Source: Marsupella aquatica (taxonomy: Eukaryota; Plantae; Marchantiophyta). From it: 64,000 nt of DNA. Below, one piece after another: positions 48,756 to 60,035 of this stretch; the first letter of the stretch is position 1, and each line of letters opens with the position of its first letter. Both the position numbers and the translations under genes were made by a program. The notes below the pieces were generated by a model, which was not told the DNA's origin, ran no database searches, and saw only the letters and a program-made list of their open reading frames with translations. The DNA lies in assembly GCA_973895155.1 (NCBI GenBank), contig OZ316891.1, positions 23,683,899-23,747,898 on the forward strand, given 5' to 3'.

Positions 48756-51649
48756 CTAGCCGTTTCCAACTGGCTTACCTCTTGTGCTTCCTTCGGAATT
48801 GAAGCTAAAAAGGTGGACTCTATGGCAAAGCAGTCCTCAGCTTCATCGTCACAATCCTCCAAGTCACCTTCCATAGGTTCTTGCCATAGTCCGCTAGGGG
48901 ATACCTCTGGTCCAAAGACAGTTTCTTTGGTTTGGTCAGCGAGGCATTCTAGCCATCGTACCTCATCGGCTGATTCCAGTCCACTGTCGTACCCGTCTAC
49001 CTCCCTGATGCTTCTTCGACGGTCATCCTTGGTATCCCAGGATACTGTGATAGAAGGGGTCCCAAAAGTGAACTCCTTCTTACCCCAATCCTCTATTACA
49101 TTGGCTAGGTATAGCCATGGCCTACCAATCAACAGTCGGAATGATGTAGGATTTACCGGCTTCATTACTACATAGTTAATGCTAAAGAAGATACCTCCTA
49201 TCTCTGTCTTGATGCCGGTTAACACTCCCGTGGGAATGACCTGATATCCATTGGCCATGTTCAACACTCTTCCAGTCATCTCCGGTGTTAGACCCCACCC
49301 TTTTGCTGTTGAATCAATCATAATACATACCCCTGATCCTCCATCAATGGGTACCCGTAGTAATAATTCTCCTTGAATCATTAATGGTAAAGCGGGGGCT
49401 CCTTGATCTTCTTCTATCGTCAGCACGTCGGATCTGGTCGCTACCTTGGGTAATCTCGGCTTGCCGAGAATTGCCTTTCTTAACTGCTTCCGGAAGTACG
49501 GGCTATTTTTCAATAGCTGACCAACTATTGCCGAGACTCTAGATTCTAGTACATCTTTAGCCAGGTCATAGGGAACTATCGGCTTCTCTAGTGGTGTCTC
49601 CATCTTGGATTCGGCCTGTTTTTTCACGCTAGTCCCCACAGCTATTGGATCCTCCGAAGCAAACAATGCTTTTGCTCGTTCCACATCCTTGGCTATGGCT
49701 TCAGTGTTCTCCAGGGTTTCTAATTCTCGCAGTTGTTCCTTAACACTAGCTGTAATAGAGGGGTAAAACAACTTAGGGTGATCTCGATTGAAATCGCTGT
49801 CCTGTGAAGGATTGGGGTCACTGGTGAGCTCATGGCTTACCTGTGTTGCCGGCGCCTTTCCTTCTCCTTCCGTTGATGTCGACAAAGAGTCAATCTTCTC
49901 TTCTTTATCCTTCCCTTTATTTTTGGCTAGCCCATCCCACCTTTCCTTCCTTCTGGTTGATTGAGTAGAGACCCGGTAGCAATCATGATCCATATCCTCT
50001 TCTGAAAATGTTGATAGGGCCTCGGTCTCATCATCAGATGGTCCAAACTCTGCCTCGGCATCCACTTGCCATCCGAGCTCGATGTGGTTGATTTGAACTC
50101 CTCTGGGGGTAGTACCTGGCAGCAAGACTTTGACCGGCAAGAGCTTATGATTTGCGGCCAATCCTGCCAACCAAGTAGGACATTGTCCTAGCATGTGACC
50201 CTCCTGTCGGCATCCCATACATAGCTGAGCTGGCTGTCCATCACCTTGTTTGCGTGCATTCGGGCATTCTCTAGCAAAATGGCCAGGTTGACCACAGTTA
50301 TAGCATGCCGCAAATCTTTGCACATTCGGCCTAGGAGGTACTGACGGATTCTGAATAATTCGAGGATACATCTCTCCTGGATTGTTCCTTAATCCAGACC
50401 AGAGAGATGCAGGTCAGTTGGATAGGTCTTGTGCTCCAGTCTCACTGATGCCAAAAACACTATCAGCGGCATCTCCTAGAAAGTATTCTACTTCTCCCTG
50501 ACATGGTCTGACTTCAGCCACATGCCGAACACGACTAGTATTGAGCTTAGGACATGCATCTTTATGGTGTCCGGTTTTATAACATAAGGCACACCATACA
50601 GAGCTATCCTCCTGCACTACCTTCTTCTTTGGCTTCATCTCTACTATTATAGCTTTAAGCTGCTCGGTAAGGGCTACGATGTTATCTGGTGGTTTAGCCT
50701 CCAGATTGACTTTCGTCTTCCCTCTTCTTCTGCCCTTCCTTTTCCTAGTTTTTTCTTCTTCAGAACTAGAAGATGACTCACTCTTGCTACCTCCACTATC
50801 CAAGCTTGAGTTATCACTTCTTGACTTCTTAGAGTGTTTCTTTTTCTTATCCTTTTTCTTATGGGGTGATCCTTCCTCCGATGAGGAACTCTCAGACTTA
50901 AGCTATTTCTTCCGGCTTGTGATATCTGCATTAATGTATAATTGAATATCTTTAATTGCCTCGGCTAGAGTCTCTGGGTTCTCCTTCCTTATTGCAAAAC
51001 TCATCTTCTGTGGCAAAGCATTCACTAACCATTGAAGTTGCATACCTTCAGAGGCATTGGTCTTTGTACGTCTTACCAACTTTTGAAAGCGTTGCAAGAA
51101 CTTCCTGAAGGATCTGTTCTCCTTGAACCAAAGTCGTCCCAACTTCAGCACTGCTAACTCTGAAGTTCCAATGGGTCGAAACTCCTTAACAAATAGTGTT
51201 TTGAAGATATTCCAGATGGCTTGATCTTCCACATTCAATGCTCTATACCAAGGCCTAGCCTCACCCTTGAACAGGCCGGGAAGAATCTGCATCTTGATGG
51301 CCGATTCTCCATTTGTTGCAGCGGTGCCTTCGAAATCATCCAACCATTCATCCGGATCCTCATCTCCTCTCCCATGAAACGCCTTGTAATGAATGTGCGA
51401 CCATTGGCTCAGTCTGGTCCCTGGCCTATCATCTGGCCGTGCCTCAGGTTCCCCCATGTCAGTTGGGTACTCGTTTCTTGCTACCGACTCTTCTTCTGGT
51501 ATCTCTTCTTCGACGCCACTCCCAGCTTTGGAGCTACTAGCTCTTTCTGCCCCTCTCAGTCGCTGTGTATCATGCCACCCTGCGAGCTGCTGCAGACGAG
51601 CTCTCTCCTGTTGAATCGCTCTTTCCTCCCTTGGCGTAGGTTCAGTCAT
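48662..51649 (-). pseudogene. gag: Family A gag-protease
   Basis: Gag core, three CCHC knuckles, protease VPIDGGSG...LLIGRPWL. Two point stops (50903, 50414) are sense codons in the second copy. Confidence 0.9.
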
Positions 51650-51696
51650 TACCTACGCTTCTTTCCTAACTTCATATCTCACGGCTTAAGAAATTC

Positions 51697-51714
51697 CCCC
51701 TCCATCTAGCGCCA
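51697..51714 (-). promoter_or_regulatory. Primer-binding site (tRNA-Asn-like) of family A
   Basis: TGGCGCTAGATGGAGGGG, 4 nt after the LTR CA end at 51719. Confidence 0.8.
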
Positions 51715-51718
51715 AAAA

Positions 51719-52392
51719 TGTGGTGCGCCCCATGGCTCCCTAAACCCAAGAAACCCCCCAGCACAAGCCAATTCCCGCAGGTTTCGCGCTTGAAGAGGCC
51801 GTTTTCGCGGCTTAGCGGCATGGGACGCTGCTAACCTCCTCCTCTACTACTATTAACATTTTACACACATATACTAGACAGATCCTTCATCGGGTCATGA
51901 GATACGTAGCCGGCCTAATCTAGGCCTTCCCTTGTCTTCCCCTCCTTCTGGTTAGGTATGTTTGGATTCCGCCGCCGGAATGATCCCCAATAGGCTTGGT
52001 TAAGCCGCTAAGACCTCTCTCAGCTTGACACATCCAACTCTCACTCCCTTGCTTACTTTCCTTTGATGTGGGCACTCTTCACACAAGTTAATGCGACACA
52101 CAAATAGCAAAATGACTCCTTCTGACTGAGTCATACCATGCACTTGCCATACAAACAGTACATCTCATACACAAGCTCTGCGAACTAAGCCGTGAGGCCA
52201 ATTCTATTCAGCTCTTAGGCATGAGGAAACATGAATATATACAAGGGTCACTGTATGACTAACCGAGAGCTTCTCTTACTACTTGATCCCAGCCCGGCTG
52301 GTGCAACTAAAAACTTGCTAAGGAAGAGGCCCTTAGCTCCCCGCTGCCCAAGTATTTATCCTGATAGTGGATCCGCCTAATTCTTTGCAGCG
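51719..52392 (-). repeat. 5' LTR remnant of the family A element
   Basis: Nearly identical to 40856-41529, including a shared private deletion. Similarity stops abruptly at 52392. Confidence 0.9.
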
Positions 52393-54989
52393 ACCTTTGC
52401 CTAAACTAGAAAAAGCTGTTTGATGTGACTAGTAATGCTTGGTTGACCCGTAGGCTGACTGGAAACGCATGCATGAGATCATGCAAAAGCCTATTGATTC
52501 GTGTTGACTATAGAGCTCTTATATTCAATAGGGAGCTGATACAAATTCACCACTAGAATTCCACAAATTGCATAGATCCAAAAGAACAATCTGATGGATT
52601 GAATAAAAGAATAAGTTGATTCGGAGTGATTAGTACCACCTTGCTTTGACATAGGTCAGAAAATCAATACGGGCTACCTTATACTGATCTTTTATAATTT
52701 TCTAAGATGGCGGGTTTGAAGAAGATATGTAGGCATCAGTTTTACATGAGTTTTTACACCAATGATTCTTAATGTACTACCGCTGGTCATGAGTTACTAT
52801 GTAGTGATAAGGTATATTTCCATCTATAACTCACCTTCTATCAGTTTTCACGCCGCTGGCTTTTGGTTTTGTTTAACACTTTTTACCCCCTTTTGATTGC
52901 ACTATGGACGATACAAACGTCATACCTTTCATGGAAGTATCATAAAATTCCTTCCATAAACCTGAGCATGTTAAAAAGGCTTGTAACCTGAGTATGTTAC
53001 TCAAAAGTACTTAAAGTATCATATTACAATCTTTTAGGTCTCAATAGCTCTTAACGGGAACGAATCTAGGCTATTAAAGAGAAGAATAGTTATTCTTACT
53101 CTAAACCCTACTCTACAGCATCTACGTCCACACCACAGCCTACTGCACGGAAGAGCCAGAGGGAGAAGCCTACTGCACGAGAGTCTACCAGCCAGAGACC
53201 TATGCCCTCTTATGCTGGACAGCAGTCAGGATGTTGGACCTGTGGTGGGGATCATGCACAGAGATATTGTCCAGATCATAGAGGATCAGGGGGAGCATCA
53301 GCGCCTGATCAGCGACAGTGTGATCACTGTGGAGCTCCTGGACACACCAAGGATAGGTGTTTCTCACTCCACCCTGAGTTACGGAGAGGAGAATCCCGTA
53401 CACATGATCAGGGAAGAGGAGGAGGAGGTAGAGGTGGTGGACGTGGTCGTGGCATGCCACATGCAGGGAGACAGGGAGGTGACGCTGCCCCTGCTGTAAC
53501 CATAGATCCAAAGGATGCTAAAATTGCTCAATTGGAGCAACAACTAGCTGCCATGGCTAGTTCCCAGGTGAGACCTAATTCTGGTGATGGGGCATCTACA
53601 TCCTATGGACCTTCCACATCCCATGGTCCTTCCACATCTTATGGAGCTGATGGAGACCTTGCCACCATGGGATTCATGTGTGGCACTGCACATATTGATG
53701 CATCAGCAGCTTTGACACGTGGGGCAGCCAAAGCTCTTGAGCCCCGAGGAGCAGTAGTGGAGTTAGATCCACAAAGGGGGGATGCACGTCGGCAGACAAA
53801 GCTTCCTCAGTCTTTTACATTGTTAGAGACAGTTCAGACTGCCTCTATGAACCCGGTTCGGACAAACCCTGATGTGGGTAAGTTGGCAGAATCAGGTAGT
53901 GATGCAACAGGGATGACAGGTACCTTGCTGGGGGCGGCTACTGCCATAGTACGCACCCCATTATTTTCAGCGACAGACATGCTAAACTTGGGAGTTGGTC
54001 CTACAGAAGTGTTCAGATTGGCAGCTACACTCTGTGAGGACACTCCAGTGGTTGCTTCCCATGCAGAAGCAACTTGCAGTGTTGATGCAGTGAAGACCAT
54101 GCCACCTACTACTACTAGTGAGACATGGCATGCAATAGCAACGAGGTTGGTGGATTTACCAGCACGCCCTGCATTTGAGAGGACTAGGTTTAAACCTAGT
54201 GTTGTGTCATTGGATAATCGGAGTGGTATCTTCCAATTAGTTGGGCCTTCTGGAGCAGTATACCAGCCAGAGAGAGTGTTATTGGATACTGGTGCTCAGC
54301 CCTTGATGTTGGGGAAGTCTGCCATACGTGGATTGGGATTGCGTCCAGAGGATTTGGAGGATTGTCCCTTTCCCATTCAGACTTCATTGAGGGGACCTAC
54401 ACCTACACAGCATATCACCAGGAGACCACTTGATTTGAGGATTCAGGAAGGTCATACCACAGATAACTCACAGATATAGGCGCGAGCTATTCTGACTAAG
54501 GTAGAGTCATATGATGTGTTGGTGGGATGTACAGTGCTCTACCCCATGGGATTTATTCTTGATTTTTGGGAGGAATCAGTGTCATATAGACCTGATTGGC
54601 AGTCAGGAGATGCTCGATTGAGCAAATTGCCAGTGAGATTTAGTGGACTTGTGGGAGGCCCTAAATCCACACCATTGTCTTTGGCAGCATTTAGTGGTGT
54701 AATTGCTGGACCTGATGATTTGATTGAGGGTAATGCGCATGCAGCCGATGTTCCACCATTGGAGGAGTCTCATGAGGAGCACATCATGCGAGGATTACCT
54801 ATTGGCAGTGTTGTGCCACTAGTGTGGGGCACTGCACAGGCCTTGCCACAGGCAGCAGCACGATTGGTACATGATGCATGGCGTCATGCTTTTACACCAC
54901 AGTCAGGAGCAGAGCAGTCTCTTGCAGATGGACCTGTGACTCTTTCACCATTGGATACCACTCCTATTGCTTGGCAGTATCCACCGGAG

Positions 54990-55920
54990 GGTATTTGTTT
55001 GTTGGATCTTTTTGGTGGGATTAGCACTGGATTGGCTGTTGTTCTTCAAGCAGGAATTCCTGTGCGTCGTTATTTGTATGTGGAGACAGATGAGACAACA
55101 CGGAGGGTCTCATTGCGACATGTGGCTATGTTGGTGGATAGATATCCACAGTTGCTGCCAGTGGATGCTGTTCGTGGTTATCAGCATGCACTACCTGCTG
55201 ATATTTCATTGTTGGGGGCGGATCATCTACATCGTGTTGGCCCCATTGATTTGGTGATTGCTGGTTGGCCATGTCAGGGCCAATCTAGAGCTGGCATTGG
55301 GCATGGACTTCATGATCCACGCTCTGCATTGTTTTGGGAGATGTTACGGGTGCTGCGTCATCTCTAGCTACATCAAACATAGTCTCCAACATACATTTTG
55401 GAGAATGTGCCATTGTTAGGTGATGATCGTAGTCAGATTGTTGCCAGTGTTCACCAGGTGAGGTCTTGGATTGGACCTGCTGTGTTATTGGATGCTGCAC
55501 GTGTGGGTTCTCGTGCACATCGTCCATGCTTGTGGTGGACTAATTTGATCCCATGTGAGGTGCTGAAGCGCGCATTTGACATCATTCCACGCTCACCAGC
55601 CTTAGTGGTGGATGATATTTTGGATCCAGGGCGTCGGGCATAGGGTGTGACCCAACCTGATAGACCTCCATTGGCAATGGTCAATGCAGTTGGGCGCCCA
55701 CGTTGTGCATTACCCACTCTTGTAAGCCACTCTGCTTCATATGCATTCAGAGCAGGTGGCCCTGGACTTGTGTGGGACACAGCTCTCCAGCAGTTAGTGG
55801 AGCCTACTGCTGATGAGAGAGAGCGTGCTATGGGATTTTTGACTGGCACCACTGCAGTTGCCTCTATGTCAGAGGGTTTGCGGCGCCAGATTCTTGGTCA
55901 AGCAATGGACCTGAATTGTT
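54990..55920 (+). pseudogene. C5 DNA cytosine methyltransferase domain within the polyprotein
   Basis: Motif I LDLFGGI (55002), II YVETD, IV AGWPCQG (PC at 55269-55274), GLHDPRSALF, VI ILENV (55401), VIII AHRPCLWW, IX ERERAMGF, X RQILGQAMD, in canonical order. Confidence 0.92.
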
Positions 55921-58900
55921 TGACTTGGATTATCAGCTTGGGAGTAGCTGAACAGTTGCGGATGCGCTCTGCTGGAATTACTGATTGTCCCTTGGTGAGC
56001 TTGCGGTCCACTGAGACAGTATTGACCACAGTTGGGGGCGAGCAGACAGTCCATGGACCTATGGCAGGATTGGCCAAGGCTGGACAAATTGTTGAGCAGG
56101 AAGGGACTGCTCAATCTACTGCTAAATAGCAATCATCGGCTATCTCTTCTACCCTACAAAGAGATATTAGGGATTTGGTGGAGAGTTGGGAACCACAGTT
56201 TGGCCCTAAGTTAACAGGGGAGGAGAGACGTCGCATGCATCGATTCTTGAAGTGTTATTGGAATTGTTTTGCATTCAGCATGAAGGATTTGGGGACACTA
56301 AAGGGCCCTGGTATTCAGATTGAATTGGCTAGTGATGCGCCAATCTTTCGTAGACCATACCATTATAGTGACATGGAGAGAGCTCTCATTCAAAGCAGAA
56401 CTCAAGATTTGTTGGAGGCTGGATTGGTGGAGATTTCATATGGGGAGTATGCATCTGCCACAGTGATGCCAGCCAAGAAGGATGTGCATGGCAATTACAC
56501 AGATAGGCGCATGTGTGGTGATTACAGACCTATTAATCGCCAGACAAAATCTGATCGATATGCCATGCCCACACCTGAGGAGATCTTTGATGCTGTGGGG
56601 CATGCAAAGGTTTTCAGTTCATTGGATCTGAGGGCAGGGTACCATCAGCTTCCAATTAGGCATGCTGACAGGTCCAAGACAGCATTCTGGGGGATTGATT
56701 CTTATGGCAAAGATCGTTTGTATCAGTGGTTATTCTTACCATTTGGGTTGAAGAATGCACCAGCTGAGTTCCAGAGAGTCATGGATCGAATCCTTGCAGG
56801 TTTGGATTTTGTCAGATGTTATATTGATGATATTTTGGTCTATTCTTCTACTGTGGAAGAACATCAACAGCACTTGCAGATTGTGTTGGAGAGATTGAGA
56901 GCACATGGGTTGAAGCTCCATCCTGGCAAGTGTAAGTTCTTCCAAGACCAGATTGAGTATTTGGGCCACACTATATACCCAGGGGGATTGGGTGTACAGC
57001 AGACTAAAGTGGAGGCCATTACACAGATTTCTTGTCCTACTGATGTGAGTAGAGTTCGTGCATTCTTGGGATTGGCGAGCTACTACAGGAGGTATGTTAA
57101 GGGATTTAGCCAGCTTGCTAAACCTTTGACCATATTCACTAAGTTGGATCAGGAATGGATTTGGGGTGATGACCAGGAGCATGCCTTTCAGGAGTTGAAG
57201 CAAAGGTTGGCATCATCCCCTATTTTGAGAAGACCCATTTCAGGCAGACCATTTCAGCTACACACTGATTGGAGTGGAGTAGGACTTGGAGCAGTGCTGA
57301 CTCAGAAGGATGATGAGGGGAATGAATTTGTTGTGGCTTATGCCAGTAGATCAAACAATTCAGCAGAGGCTAAGTATAGCTCTTATAAGGGAGAGTGTTT
57401 GGCAGCAGTGTGGGTTGTTGCACACTTTTGTTGCTACTTGTTTGGTAACCCCTTCACCTTGATCACTGATCATCAGCCTCTTAAGTGGTTAATGAAGTCT
57501 GACAAGCTTACAGGGAAGCTTGCACGATGGACATTGTTGTTACAGGAGTATGATTTCCAAGTGGTGCATAGGCCTGGAAAAGTGAACTTGGATGCAGATG
57601 GATTAAGCCGCAATCCATGTACCAGTCAGCAAGATGAGACTGGAGCCAAATGGCATGATGAGTCAGATAAGGAGATGGTGCCAGGATGGCATGCATCTGC
57701 CTTTCTTTGTTGGGTGCCAGCATACAGTGGATCTGTGGACTCTACCTCATTGGATGGAGTGGATGATGAGTCTTCAGATGTGGATGTTAGTGAGGTAACT
57801 ACTGGACAGCAAGATATTCACAATGATGTGAGAGTGTTGGAATATCTGCGCAGTGGTTCTATTGTTGGCAGTGTTGATGCCAAGGAACGTGACAGGGTTC
57901 TACAAAGAGCCAAGAGGTTTTGATGGGAGGGAAACCATCTTTTGAGAGTACTACATGATGGTAGAGTGTTGGTGGTCCCAAAACCATCACAGAGAGTCCA
58001 TTTGGTGCGACATGCGCACGAGGAGTTGGGTCACTTTGGTGTAAAGCGCACTTACAGCTTGTTGCAGACACAATATTGGTGGCGTGGTATGCACACTCAT
58101 GTCCAGCTGTTGATAGCTAAGTGTGTGGTATGTGATAGAGTGAGAGCATCATTTAATGCTCCCACTCCCCAGTTGCACCCGTTGCCGATCATGGGTTTGG
58201 GATATCGTTGGAGTTTGGATTTTGCTGGTCCATTACCTCTTACCCAACGTCATAATCGGTATGTTTTGGTCATGGTGGAGCACTTCTCCAAGTGGATTGA
58301 GCTAGTGGCGTTGCTAGATAAAGCCAGTGGAGGAGTTGCTGCTACATTTTTGGATCGTGTACTCAGTCATTTTGGAGCACCAGCTGAGGTGTTGACTGAT
58401 CAGGGAACTGAGTTCCGTGGAGAGTTTGAGAGTTTGTGTGAACAAGCTCTGATTGATCATCGCACTACCTCTCGTGATCATCCTGAGGTAGATGGATTAG
58501 CTGAGAGAGTTGTGCAAACTGTGAAGAGAGGATTGCGTAAGTATGGCTTGCAGGTTGGTCATCTGGGAGATTGGGATCTCCAGCTACCTTGGTTAGCTAT
58601 GGGCTACCGTTTCAGTCGGCAAGCATCACTTGCATCCTTCTCACCCTACTTTTTGCTCTATGGTAGAGAGCCAGATTTGCCAGCAGCTATTCGTCGTGAT
58701 GCTGCACCAGTTGTGAACTTGGATGATCCTGATGTTTGGGTCAAGGTGTGTTCAAAGAGAGCACGGGTATTTCAGAGAGTGATGCCCATGGCTTTTGACA
58801 ACCTTGCCATTGCCCAACATTGTGATACTTTGAGGTATGCCACTATTCGTGGAGGAGGTTACCGTGCAAGCATTCGACGATTTCATCCTGGTGATTATGT

Positions 58901-59114
58901 TTATTTGCAGCAGACAACACCCACGACACTTGATGTGACCGTAGGCCGGACAATCTTACGTGTGCGTGAAGTGTTGCCTTCTGGTGTCCTGATGTTGGAG
59001 GGATGCGATGGTATGGTTTGGAAGGATCATGTGCACAACTGTGCACCATGTCACCTTCCCAACATTGATGGTACAGTAGATCCAAGCTTGGCACATGTTC
59101 GTGCTGGCTTGAAA

Positions 59115-59249
59115 TGTATGTTGTGTGGATCTGCTCAGGGAGCAGCTACTATGTTGATTTGTGATAAGTGTTCTAGAGGATGGCACATGTCATGTTTGAC
59201 ACCACCATTGCAGGTGATTCCTAGTGGATCATGGTTGTGTCCTCAGTGT
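59115..59249 (+). other. PHD finger (C4HC3) at the integrase C-terminus
   Basis: CMLC...MLICDKCSRGWHMSCLTPPLQVIPSGSWLCPQC, with canonical PHD spacing and the conserved W. Confidence 0.92.
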
Positions 59250-59430
59250 CGGTGAAGCCAACTAGTTATCATTTGTGTTCTCTTGGCAGATATGGATTGC
59301 AGGTAGGTGATCGATGGGGCTCACTTGCACTCGGCCTCCTGATCTTCACACCTAAAAAGGTGTATATCAACCTTGTAGAACTCATGGCTAGCTAGAGTTA
59401 GGGGACCTTACTCCCAGCTAGGGGGGCGAT

Positions 59431-60035
59431 TGTGGGTTTTGGACATGTGTGGACATGAGTTCCACTTGTATTCCATTCTCTTGTGTTTGTGATGTGGCAG
59501 TGTGACTATACCTGGATGTATATGACAAGCGATGTATGTTGTGTAGCGATATGTATGCGCACAACAGTTGTCACACCATTCTGAGTAGTGTAGTAGTATA
59601 TCATGCTATTAGAGTATGTACGTTTGGTATGAGTGCTATTGGAGCCGATAAGGTTCTGTCAAGTTTGTGTGAGAGGGTACTTCTCACTTGTGAGGCATTG
59701 AAAGGTCATCTTTCAATGTTGAGCCTTGGAGAGAGAGGAGCTTGAGTGTGGCTATGGTGGCTGTGAGCTCCGCTTGTGTAACGTGGATTCCTTGAGTAGT
59801 GCAAGGTGCGTTGGCTTGACATACGTGTGTGATCGGATCGGTGCGGGATCGATGGGGTATTGTTGACCGGGATCATTGTGCCAATTGTATGGAGATTATT
59901 GTGGGTTTTGGACATGTGTGGACATGAGTTCCACTTGTATTCCATTCTCTTGTGTTTGTGATGTGGCAGTGTGACTATGCTTGGATGTATGTGACAAGCG
60001 ATGTATGTTGTGTAGCGATATGTATGCGCACGACA
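59431..60035 (+). repeat. 3' LTR region of the MTase element with two 136-bp direct repeats
   Basis: 59431-59566 and 59900-60035 are near-identical TGTGGG...ACA units separated by 333 bp. Confidence 0.8.

Larger units (their letters stand above)
40856..52392 (-). mobile_element. Near-complete family A Ty3/Gypsy element (non-chromovirus, Athila/Phygy/Selgy-like), 5' LTR truncated
   Basis: Order is 5' LTR remnant, PBS, gag, PR, RT, RH, INT, PPT, 4.66-kb 3' LTR. RT motifs VCQDYRKLN, DHFPLPF, DGYSGYNQI, FIDDF. No extra archaeal-type RNase H or chromodomain seen. Confidence 0.93.
53202..59255 (+). pseudogene. Gag-PR-DNMT-RT-RH-INT-PHD polyprotein with six in-frame stops and no frameshift
   Basis: All six ORF pieces share one frame. 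Knuckles CWTCGGDHAQRYC and CDHCGAPGHTKDRC, protease LLDTGA, RT YIDDIL, RNase H LHTDWS, integrase HHCC plus SLDFAG/LTDQG/AER. Confidence 0.92.
53100..60035 (+). mobile_element. Ty3/Gypsy element carrying a DNA cytosine methyltransferase and a PHD finger (5' end missing)
   Basis: gag knuckles, PR, MTase, RT, RH, INT, PHD in one frame. PPT AGGGGGGCGAT at 59420-59430. TG...CA terminal repeat region 59431-60035 abuts family A RT. Confidence 0.92.

Noticed and set aside
52393-53100. 5' LTR of the MTase element
   Set aside because: No similarity to 59431-60035 and no PBS. It is an unassigned AT-rich fragment.
54990-55920. Bacterial restriction-modification methylase or contamination
   Set aside because: It is in frame with retrotransposon protease and RT, has no cognate nuclease, and is embedded in plant-type TE sequence.
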